From the IMG/VR virus record IMGVR_UViG_2974764813_000001, positions 64,001 to 128,000 of that record: a DNA stretch of 64,000 nucleotides. One strand, 5' to 3'. The stretch is from a virus (Duplodnaviria; Caudoviricetes). The notes beneath the pieces were generated by a model. The model was not told where the DNA came from. It worked only from the letters and a program-made list of their open reading frames with translations, and ran no database searches. A program made the position numbers and the translations under genes. The stretch's first letter is position 1, and every line of letters begins with the position of its first letter. Shown one piece after another: positions 56,546-64,000 of the stretch.

Positions 56546-57074
56546 GTGACCGAGTGCTGCGCGTCCGGCTCGTGCGAGGTCTGTCGTGGCCCCTCGGGCT
56601 ACAGCAGCGAGCGCCGCGAGCAGATTAGGCGTGACCTGGCCGATTACGACCCGCCCTGGGTCCGCGAGCATCGACGAGAGGGTTGGACATGACCGCACTG
56701 CTGGCTGTGCTCATCGCGCTGTCGCCGGACAACACGGCCCCGCCGACACCGGAGATCCCGCCGCCGCTGCCGACCTACATCGTCAACGGCGACGGCTCGC
56801 GGATGAACTGCACGCCCACCTACAGCTACTGCTGGCCGGGGCAGCCGTGAGTCACCGCGACGAGGTGGCCAGTCTGTGGCTGCGCGCTGCCGGAGAGCCC
56901 GACATCCACCAGGGCGTGGTGGAGCTGCGCGCGGCCGGAACCGACCGGGACTTCTCGCTCTTCGGCGACGACGAGGAGGAGCAGGTCATCGAGCTCACCA
57001 TCGACCGCGAGCGCGCCGAGTGGCTCCGCGACCAGCTCACCAAGTGGCTGGACGGCGCTGACCTCGACGACTAG
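56546..57074 (+). other. Three small coupled ORFs (56546-56692, 56689-56850, 56847-57074)
   Basis: ATGA/GTGA overlaps. Confidence 0.5.
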
Positions 57075-57108
57075 ACGTTTTCTATACCAATGCTGTATGA
57101 TTGAGTCA
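57059..57108 (+). promoter_or_regulatory. Promoter TAGACG-N18-TATGAT with phased array; leaderless start
   Basis: TGACCTCG-ACGA|CTAGACGTTTT|CTATACCAATG|CTGTATGATTG-AGTC-ATG. Confidence 0.72.
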
Positions 57109-57248
57109 TGATGCAAAACACCGACGTCTACACCATGGCCGAGATCATCGGCCGCCGCAGCAACCTGGACTGGGCCGCCGCGGTCGCCGCCGCCGAGGAC
57201 GCCATCGCCCACGGCTTCACCGTCGACGAACTGAGGCCCGTGCGGTGA
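57108..57248 (+). CDS. Small hypothetical protein (leaderless)
   Basis: ATG 7 nt after -10; GTGA overlap with the next gene. Confidence 0.55.
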   Translation: MMQNTDVYTMAEIIGRRSNLDWAAAVAAAEDAIAHGFTVDELRPVR

Positions 57249-57463
57249 GCGCCGCCGAGACCCGCGCAGTCAACCGGCTGCGCAAGGCGCAGGCCGCCTA
57301 CGACGAGGTCATGGCCAAGTACGCCACCGCTGCCAGCATCACCGGCAGCCCCATCCACCTCGAGAAGCTCGCTGTCTTCAACGAGCTTCAGGCGGCCCTC
57401 TGGCCGTTCACCACCGGCAAGTACGAACTGCCCGAAGACCTCAAGGGGTCCGGGTTGACCTGA
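57245..57463 (+). CDS. Hypothetical protein
   Basis: GTGA overlap. Confidence 0.58.
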   Translation: MSAAETRAVNRLRKAQAAYDEVMAKYATAASITGSPIHLEKLAVFNELQAALWPFTTGKYELPEDLKGSGLT

Positions 57464-57513
57464 CTGCCGCCCACCTACAGGGCCGCCCCGCGCGGACCGG
57501 AAACGGAGCACCC

Positions 57514-58515
57514 ATGACCATCTTCGACCTGGCTCCCTCGATCCAGCGCAACATCCTGCTCGGTATCGCCTACGGCGATGCCTGGGGCTACCCCAACGAA
57601 TTCCACTCCTACGCTGAGCTCACCAAGAAGACTCCGCACGGGCCCGACGTGCCCAAGAAGCTCTTCGTCTCCGACGACACCCAGATGGCGCTCGCGCTCG
57701 CCCAGGCGCTGACCTACCTGCGCGAAGACACCGAGCCCGAGGTGACGCAGTTCCTCATCATCGACGAGTTCATCAAGTGGTCGGAGGACAAGGACAACAA
57801 CCGCGCACCCGGCCACACCTGCATGAGCTCCTGCTACAACCTCAAGGAGGGCATGAGCTGGGAGCGCGCCCACGGTGTCGCCTCCAAGGGCTGCGGCGCG
57901 GTGATGCGCGTGGCCCCCGCGGCATTCCTGCCCGAGGGCCTGTGGCAGCCGGTCGCGATGTGGCAGGCCGCCGCCACCCACGGTCACCCCGCGGCCATCG
58001 CCGCGTCGCTGATCCTGGCCGCGGTCGTCCGACGCAAGGCGACGGGCGGGGCGTTCCCCGAGGGCGTGCTGGCCGGTGCCATCGAGCTCACCTGCAACAT
58101 CGCCCCACGCGGGGTCGGCTCGGACTGGCTCATCGACCACCGTCTCGCTGGAAGCTCGCGGGCCGCGGCGGCGATGGTGAGCTTCGGCATGACGCTGGTG
58201 CGCGACAAACTGATCGAGGCCGCCGCCAAGCTCACCGCGTTCCGCAGCGACCCCTGGCACGACGATCCGTCCAAGGACCTGCCCGGCTGGTACTCCGACG
58301 ACGCGCTGGCCTGCGCGCTGCTGTGCGTGGACATGGTCGACGACCCGGTGGAGGCGCTGCGCCGTGCGGCCACCACCGAGGGCGACTCCGACTCGATTGC
58401 CGCCATCGCCGGTGCCGTGCTCGGCGCCGACCCCGCCATCACCTGGCCCGCCGAGTGGTACGCACGGCTGGAGCCGCGCTACCGCACGTGGATCGACACG
58501 TTCGGAAAGGAGTGA
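57514..58515 (+). CDS. ADP-ribosylglycohydrolase (DraG/ARH family)
   Basis: LLGIAYGDAWG..EF, SDDTQM, GCGAVMRVAP, THGHP, GDSDSIAAIAGA. Confidence 0.92.
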   Translation: MTIFDLAPSIQRNILLGIAYGDAWGYPNEFHSYAELTKKTPHGPDVPKKLFVSDDTQMALALAQALTYLREDTEPEVTQFLIIDEFIKWSEDKDNNRAPGHTCMSSCYNLKEGMSWERAHGVASKGCGAVMRVAPAAFLPEGLWQPVAMWQAAATHGHPAAIAASLILAAVVRRKATGGAFPEGVLAGAIELTCNIAPRGVGSDWLIDHRLAGSSRAAAAMVSFGMTLVRDKLIEAAAKLTAFRSDPWHDDPSKDLPGWYSDDALACALLCVDMVDDPVEALRRAATTEGDSDSIAAIAGAVLGADPAITWPAEWYARLEPRYRTWIDTFGKE

Positions 58516-58517
58516 CC

Positions 58518-58676
58518 ATGCGTACAGGGATGGGGCAGATCTTCTACTGCTCGCGCCACGGCGACTACAGTGACAACCGCGTGGTGAGCATCGGAAGCCG
58601 CATCGGCGAGGACGGCGAAGCCATCGCCGACCAGTGCGCCGACTGCATCGACGAGTGCGAGGCCGCGACGTGGTGA
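58518..58676 (+). CDS. Small Zn-binding protein
   Basis: CSRHG...CADC; RBS AAGGAG. Confidence 0.55.
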   Translation: MRTGMGQIFYCSRHGDYSDNRVVSIGSRIGEDGEAIADQCADCIDECEAATW

Positions 58677-58816
58677 TCCCCGACGACTTGGACCTCAACG
58701 ATCCCAACGCGGTCTACGACTGGCTGCGCGCTGAGTCCGATCCCGGCATGCACTACGAGTCCGAGACCGAGCGGTTCTACGAGCGGCTGGGCCGGGGAGG
58801 GCCTCCCGCGCCGTGA
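58673..58816 (+). CDS. Small hypothetical protein
   Basis: GTGA overlap. Confidence 0.45.
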   Translation: MIPDDLDLNDPNAVYDWLRAESDPGMHYESETERFYERLGRGGPPAP

Positions 58817-58869
58817 CCTGTCTCCCTCTGTCCTGCCGCACCTAATAGGTGAGGGCAGGCAGAGGGAGA
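58817..58869 (+). promoter_or_regulatory. Putative late promoter CCTGTC-N21-AATAGGTGA embedded in a long RBS-sequestering hairpin
   Basis: TCTCCCTCTG(T)CCTGCC...CACCT-AAT-AGGTG...GGCAGGCAGAGGGAGA; GTG at 58876. Confidence 0.65.
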
Positions 58870-58875
58870 ATCACG

Positions 58876-61800
58876 GTGACAGAACCCCAGGTGATCTGGC
58901 GAAAGCTCAGGGTGCCCTTTGCACGCTCGGTCACCTTCCCGGATCAGGTCCCCGCCGTCATGCAGGTGATGGTGTATCCGCTGGCAGAGCCCTCGGCGCC
59001 GGAGATCACCACCACCTTCGTCAACCCGCCCGGCGTCCAGGACGTCGTGCTGGCCCGCGACACCGAGGTCGTCTTCGAGCTCATCCCGTCGCACCTGGCG
59101 GGCATGACCGAGCCGCTGCTCTACCGCATCCAGTGGCGCGCCGGGGTCACCGGCCGCACCTTCACCTACGACTTCGCGATGCCCGACCAGGACATCGCCT
59201 TCGGCCAGCTCGCCAACCTCGGCAACATCATCGACGGCCAGGTCTACCTGCGCCAACAGGACCTCGGCGTGCCCGGCCGGGTCGCCCGGCTCAACGTCGA
59301 CGGCCACGTCGTGGACGCCTCCGGCCAGGTGGTCGCCACCGTCGGCGCCCTCGACACCCTCAGCGGCCAGCTGCAGGCCGAACGCCTCTTTCGCCAGCAG
59401 GCCGACGCCGCGGTCGCCGCAGCCGCCCAGTCGGCGCTGGAAACCCAGATCACCTCGGTGCTGTCCACCACCGCGGCGAACCTGGAGAGCACCCGCCAGA
59501 CCCTCGCCGCGGCCGACAGCTCCGAGCGCAGCGCCCGCATCGCGGCCGACGCCGGACTGTCCGACCGCATCGACAGCGCCAACACCGAGATCGCCGCGAT
59601 TACCGACCGCGTGGAGGCCAACGAGGCCGCGCTCGACGGCAAGGCCGACGTCGTCAACGGCAAGATCGCCCTGTCGCTGATCCCCGACGCCGCCCGCACC
59701 CAGGGCGTGCAGGTGCCCGACGAGGCCGCGATGCTCGCCCTGACCCTCGACCAGGTCCAGCAGTTCGACTTCGCGATCCGGCCCGACGGCATCTGGGCGC
59801 TGATGGGCACCGACCCGTCCAACATCAACCACTGGGTGCAGCTGAACAAGGTGCTCAGCGTCAACGGCGAGATCGGCAACGTCGTGATCGACCTCGACGA
59901 CGTCGCGGCCGAGGGCGGCACCGTCGCGATCTCCCAGGTCGAAGGTCTCGACGACGCCCTCGCCGAGGCGGGCAACGCCGCCGACCTGGAAGCCCTGACC
60001 GGCCGGGTCGCGGCCATCGAGGACGATGACACCCTCGTCAGGACCGAGGACGGCGTCATCTCCCACGAGCTCAACGACGAGCACATGGCCTACCTCAACT
60101 CCGAGGGCAAGGTCACCAACAAGGCAGGCGAGATCGTCGTCGTGCCCGGCTCCGGCTCGGTGACCCAGGTCAACGGCAAAGACGGCATCGTCGAGCTCAC
60201 CCTGTCCGACGTCGCCGCGGCAGGCGGCGAGGTCCCCATCGTCCAGGTCGCCGAGCTGTCTGAGGCGCTCGAAAGCAAGGTCGACGCCACCGACGAGCGT
60301 CTCAGCGACGCCCGCCCCCCGACCAGCCACGCCGCCAGCCACGCCGCTGACGGCGACGACCCGCTCGAGGTGACCCGCTCCCAGGTGCAGGGCCTCGACG
60401 CCATCCTGACCAACAACGGCCTGACCCCGACCAGCAATCACGAGACCCGGATCCAGACCCTGGAGCTCGGCGGCGGCACCCCCGGCGGCGGGGGAGAGAT
60501 CGCCAAGGCCAACTGGTTCGACGGCACCGAGGAGTTCACCGTCAGCGACCCCGCGGCGCTGCAGACCGACCACAACGTGCTGCTCAAGGGCCCGTTCTCG
60601 CGCAAGACCAACGGCGACGTGGTCTACAACGCCGACGGCGTCCCCGCGGTCGGCGAGACCCCGGTGTGGGCCTACATCACGCCCAACGGCCACCTGCAGC
60701 TGCGCGAGTGGAACGAGTCCAACCCACCGGACCCGGAGATGGCCACCAAGGCGTCGGTGGACGCGCTGAGTTCCGCACTGGGCACCAAGGCCAGCCAGGG
60801 CGCGCTGGACCTGCTCGCAGGCGAGGTCGCCGACAAGGCCGACCAGTCCTCGCTGGAGTCGCTGAGCGGCACCATCGCCGACAAGGCCGACCAGTCCACC
60901 GTCTCCGCGCTGGCCACCGAGGTGGAGGGCAAGGCCGACCAGTCCGAGATCACCGACCTCACCGAGGCGATCAACACCAAGGCCAGCGCCTCGGATCTGG
61001 CCGCGGCGCAGAGCGCCATCACCGCGCTGCAGGGCGGCAAGGCCGACCTGTCCGGGGGCACCGTCCCGCTGTCCCAGCTACCCACCATCCCCCGCAGCAA
61101 GGTGGATGGCCTCGACGCGATCCTGACCGCCAAGGCCGATCTCAGTGGCAGCGGTGCCACCGTGCCGCTGACCCAGCTACCCACCTACCCGCGCTCCAAG
61201 GTCGAGGGCCTCAACGCCGCGCTGGCGGGCAAGGCCGACCTCGACGCCAACGGCAAGGTGCTGGCCAGCCAGATGCCCCCGCTGGCACTCAACACCATCA
61301 CCGTGGTGTCCAACCGCGGCGCCATGCTGGCCCAGACCAGCGCCCAGGTGCAGCCCGGCGACTTCACGATCATCAACGCCACCTCCGACACCGGCACCTA
61401 CGCCCTGATCGCGCCGGACCCGAGCAACTTCGCCAACTGGGCCAAGCTGCCGGTGCCCGACGGCAGCGTATCCAGCGTCAACGGTCAGACCGGCACCGTC
61501 ACCCTGACCGCGGCCGACGTCGGCGCCCGCAGCCTCGGAGACCTGCTCAACATCTCCGACATCAACACGCTGCAGAGCACCCTGGACAACAAGGCGTCGA
61601 CCACGGCACTGTCCACCGGCCTGGCCAGCAAGACCAGCCCCCTCGACGTGCAGAACCTGGTGTCCGGGGCCACCCCGGTCAAGCAGCAGGTCTCACGGGT
61701 GGCCACCAGCGCCATCGCTAGCCTGTCCGGCGCCCAATCGGTGGACGGCGCCCTGGCCACCGCGGGCACCCTGGTGCTGCTCACTGCCCAGCCGTCCTCG

Positions 61801-62331
61801 GTGAGCAACGGTGTGTGGCAAGTCAATTCGGGCGCCTGGACCCGCCCGGCCGACTTCGCCAACGGCTCCTACCTGCTGCGCGGCACGCTGGTGTTCGTCT
61901 CTGACGGCAACACCAACGCCAACACCATCTGGCAGCAGACCGCGGCCTCGGGCTCGGTGGGCACCAACAACAACAACTGGGCCCGGATCGGTTACAGCGC
62001 GCCGCCGTTCGCGCCTGTGCAGGGCAACGGCATGGCCATCACCGGCAATAGCTTCGCGGTGCGGCCCGCCACCGGTGTCTCGGTGTCGACCGCCGGTGTC
62101 GGTGCCGACTTCGAGGTGGTCGCCCGCAAGGCCCGCGGCACCGTCCCGCCCGGCAACGCCAACACCACCATCGTGCACAACCTCAACACCAACTCGCCGA
62201 TGGTCCAGATCATCGACAGCGGAGGAAATCTCGTGATGGCAGGTGTCACCGTGACGGGGCTCAACTCCGTCTCCGTCGAGTTCGGCACCCCACCGGCCAG
62301 CGGCCAGTACCGCTACGTCGTCATCGGCTGA
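58876..62331 (+). CDS. Long fibre-like virion protein
   Basis: 1151 aa; KAD coiled-coil repeats, three VxxVNGxxGxVxL/I repeats, SGAWTRPADF, C-terminal HNLNT...YRYVVIG. Confidence 0.82.
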   Translation: MTEPQVIWRKLRVPFARSVTFPDQVPAVMQVMVYPLAEPSAPEITTTFVNPPGVQDVVLARDTEVVFELIPSHLAGMTEPLLYRIQWRAGVTGRTFTYDFAMPDQDIAFGQLANLGNIIDGQVYLRQQDLGVPGRVARLNVDGHVVDASGQVVATVGALDTLSGQLQAERLFRQQADAAVAAAAQSALETQITSVLSTTAANLESTRQTLAAADSSERSARIAADAGLSDRIDSANTEIAAITDRVEANEAALDGKADVVNGKIALSLIPDAARTQGVQVPDEAAMLALTLDQVQQFDFAIRPDGIWALMGTDPSNINHWVQLNKVLSVNGEIGNVVIDLDDVAAEGGTVAISQVEGLDDALAEAGNAADLEALTGRVAAIEDDDTLVRTEDGVISHELNDEHMAYLNSEGKVTNKAGEIVVVPGSGSVTQVNGKDGIVELTLSDVAAAGGEVPIVQVAELSEALESKVDATDERLSDARPPTSHAASHAADGDDPLEVTRSQVQGLDAILTNNGLTPTSNHETRIQTLELGGGTPGGGGEIAKANWFDGTEEFTVSDPAALQTDHNVLLKGPFSRKTNGDVVYNADGVPAVGETPVWAYITPNGHLQLREWNESNPPDPEMATKASVDALSSALGTKASQGALDLLAGEVADKADQSSLESLSGTIADKADQSTVSALATEVEGKADQSEITDLTEAINTKASASDLAAAQSAITALQGGKADLSGGTVPLSQLPTIPRSKVDGLDAILTAKADLSGSGATVPLTQLPTYPRSKVEGLNAALAGKADLDANGKVLASQMPPLALNTITVVSNRGAMLAQTSAQVQPGDFTIINATSDTGTYALIAPDPSNFANWAKLPVPDGSVSSVNGQTGTVTLTAADVGARSLGDLLNISDINTLQSTLDNKASTTALSTGLASKTSPLDVQNLVSGATPVKQQVSRVATSAIASLSGAQSVDGALATAGTLVLLTAQPSSVSNGVWQVNSGAWTRPADFANGSYLLRGTLVFVSDGNTNANTIWQQTAASGSVGTNNNNWARIGYSAPPFAPVQGNGMAITGNSFAVRPATGVSVSTAGVGADFEVVARKARGTVPPGNANTTIVHNLNTNSPMVQIIDSGGNLVMAGVTVTGLNSVSVEFGTPPASGQYRYVVIG

Positions 62332-62356
62332 CCGCCACCAACCAGAGGGAGACACC

Positions 62357-64000
62357 ATGAGCCGATCCGTGCTCACCCAGCGCGAGCAGTTCGCGGTGGT
62401 CGGACGACGCACGGCTGCCGCCCCGTCGGAGCTGACCCCCACCGGGCAGTTCCTCGACGGCGTGAGCCAGCCGCAGGTCTACAGCGACCCCGACGGCGGC
62501 CGGTGGGTCGGCAAGAAGGGCCCGAAAGGACGCAGCTTCCCGCCGCTGCTCGACGCGGCCACCTCCCAGATCCAGCAGCGCGCCGGGCTGTCCACGCCCG
62601 AGACGCATTTCACCACCCTCGACGGCGGCCCGGCCTCGGTGCAGCGCATGATCGACGCTGACCCGGCCTTCCCCGACCACCGCGTCGACCTGGCCTCGAT
62701 GCACCCGCAGGACGCTCTGACGCTGCAGAAGCACATGGCCCTGGACTGGATGCTGTCCAACCACGACCCGCACTCGGGCAACTTCCTGCGCGACCGCAAC
62801 ACCGGCGAGCTGGTCGGCATCGACAAGGGTCAGGCGTTCAAGTACTTCGGCCAGGACCGGCTGACCCCGCGGTTCGGCGAGGACCTCAACCCGCCGCTGC
62901 ACCCGAACGTGCCGGTGTACTCCCAGATGCTCAACCAGTTCTCCCAGGGCCAGGGGCATCTGCACGATCCGCGCTCCGGCGAGTACGGCGAGTTCGTCAA
63001 CGGCCTGCAGTCCATCCCCGACGACGAGTACAAGAACTACCTGCGGCCCTACGCTCAGGCCGCCGCCGAGTCCGGCAAGCTGTCCATGGGCGACCCCGAG
63101 GAGTTCCTCAACGCCGCCACCGCCCGCAAGAACAACCTGGTCAACGACCTGGGCTCGCTGTATGACCGGGTGGCCCCGCAGCAGCAGGCCCGCATCGCCG
63201 CGCTGCTGGCCGAGGTCGGCATCGAGCGCACCGCGGCGCCCTTCACCGAGCAGTATTTCCGCGAGCTTGGCCAGAAGGTGCTTGACCGCGACCCTGAGCT
63301 GCGCGCCAAGGCCGAAGCCTGGGAGCGCCGCCAGGCCAAACTCCCCGAGGGCCAGAAGTGTGAGTACTGCTCACAGCAGGCCACCAAGCGCATCCTGCAC
63401 TCCGAGGGCATGGCCTACACCCCGGTCTGCGACAAGCACCTCGACAAGGGCAAGGACGCCGCCGAGCACTGCACGCCCGACGGCAGCCGCGACCCGTCGA
63501 ACATCGTGCGCATCGAGAAGATCGGCGCCTCGCAGTTCATCGTGGACAACTTCGGCCCGCACTACGAGCCCGGTCACGATCCGGCGGTGGACAGTGCCGC
63601 CAATGCGTGGGCCATGTGGGCAGGACGCACTGATGACCGCGACTTCGACGACCTGAGCAGCAAGCTCATTGACGCTGTCGGGGCCGCAGGGCTGCGCCAC
63701 AAGAACAGCCACGAAGACCCCTATGACGCCTCGATGGCACTGCAGAACCACCTGCGCCGCCGCCAGGCCGCCGCATCCGGCGACCACATCCCCAGCTACG
63801 AGGCGTACTGGATGCCGTTCGACGAGAGCGGCGACAACCCGCTGCAGACCGAGCTCGACCCCTGGGAGGACGGCACCTACCCGCGCCCGCACCGCGGCAA
63901 CACCGTGCCCGGCGCTCCCGGCGAGCTTGACCCGTTCCGCGGTCTGGGCCCCGACTCCCTGGCTCATCACCACATGAAGAACCAGGACGACGCCATCGCC
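62357..64000 (+). CDS. Multidomain (polyvalent-type) protein with N-terminal PI3/4-kinase/HipA-like kinase; 3'-truncated by the window and absent from the ORF track
   Basis: RBS GGGAG; open for 548 codons; WVGK, DWMLSNHDPHSGNFL, LVGIDKG. Confidence 0.82.
   Translation, partial: MSRSVLTQREQFAVVGRRTAAAPSELTPTGQFLDGVSQPQVYSDPDGGRWVGKKGPKGRSFPPLLDAATSQIQQRAGLSTPETHFTTLDGGPASVQRMIDADPAFPDHRVDLASMHPQDALTLQKHMALDWMLSNHDPHSGNFLRDRNTGELVGIDKGQAFKYFGQDRLTPRFGEDLNPPLHPNVPVYSQMLNQFSQGQGHLHDPRSGEYGEFVNGLQSIPDDEYKNYLRPYAQAAAESGKLSMGDPEEFLNAATARKNNLVNDLGSLYDRVAPQQQARIAALLAEVGIERTAAPFTEQYFRELGQKVLDRDPELRAKAEAWERRQAKLPEGQKCEYCSQQATKRILHSEGMAYTPVCDKHLDKGKDAAEHCTPDGSRDPSNIVRIEKIGASQFIVDNFGPHYEPGHDPAVDSAANAWAMWAGRTDDRDFDDLSSKLIDAVGAAGLRHKNSHEDPYDASMALQNHLRRRQAAASGDHIPSYEAYWMPFDESGDNPLQTELDPWEDGTYPRPHRGNTVPGAPGELDPFRGLGPDSLAHHHMKNQDDAIA

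Noticed and set aside
5954-57108. 11-bp arrays as CRISPR mini-arrays or replication iterons
   Set aside because: Units are degenerate, contiguous, lack spacers and are spread across many promoters rather than at one origin.
48061-62331. Diversity-generating retroelement or invertible tail-fibre switch
   Set aside because: No reverse transcriptase, invertase or TR/VR pair seen; the repeats are protein-level fibre repeats.
1-64000. tRNA/tmRNA genes, integrase or att site
   Set aside because: No cloverleaf with a canonical T-loop and no recombinase recognised by eye; tRNAscan-SE/ARAGORN would be decisive.

Overview
A 64-kb, high-GC segment of a large actinobacterial (probably mycobacterial) myovirus-type phage. 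By gene content it resembles the Bxz1/Myrna-like cluster C and Phrappuccino-like cluster AA phages; this was not checked by a search. Order of contents: end of a baseplate/minor-tail operon (1-5956); small early genes; a minus-strand SNF2-helicase island; a ~600-bp structured non-coding region; a bacterial-type replication/recombination block (DnaC-like, DnaB, primase, SSB-like, DnaE, RecA, resolvase-like, Cas4-like nuclease, EndoVII); a sigma-region-4-like regulator; a SLOG/glycosyltransferase/methyltransferase cassette; many small accessory genes, several of which look like catalytically dead enzyme copies; two separate fibre cassettes; an ADP-ribosylglycohydrolase; and an unannotated, truncated kinase-containing multidomain protein. 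The strongest unexplained signal is regulatory. About 14 AT-rich promoter regions are built from helically phased 11-bp units that mostly begin CTA, often anchored by TGACCTGC-N4, and a MerR/BldC-like head-to-tail DNA binder is encoded in the window. A separate AATAGG(T/G)GA motif sits inside RBS-occluding hairpins in front of putative late genes. All protein calls come from motif recognition by eye, not database searches.
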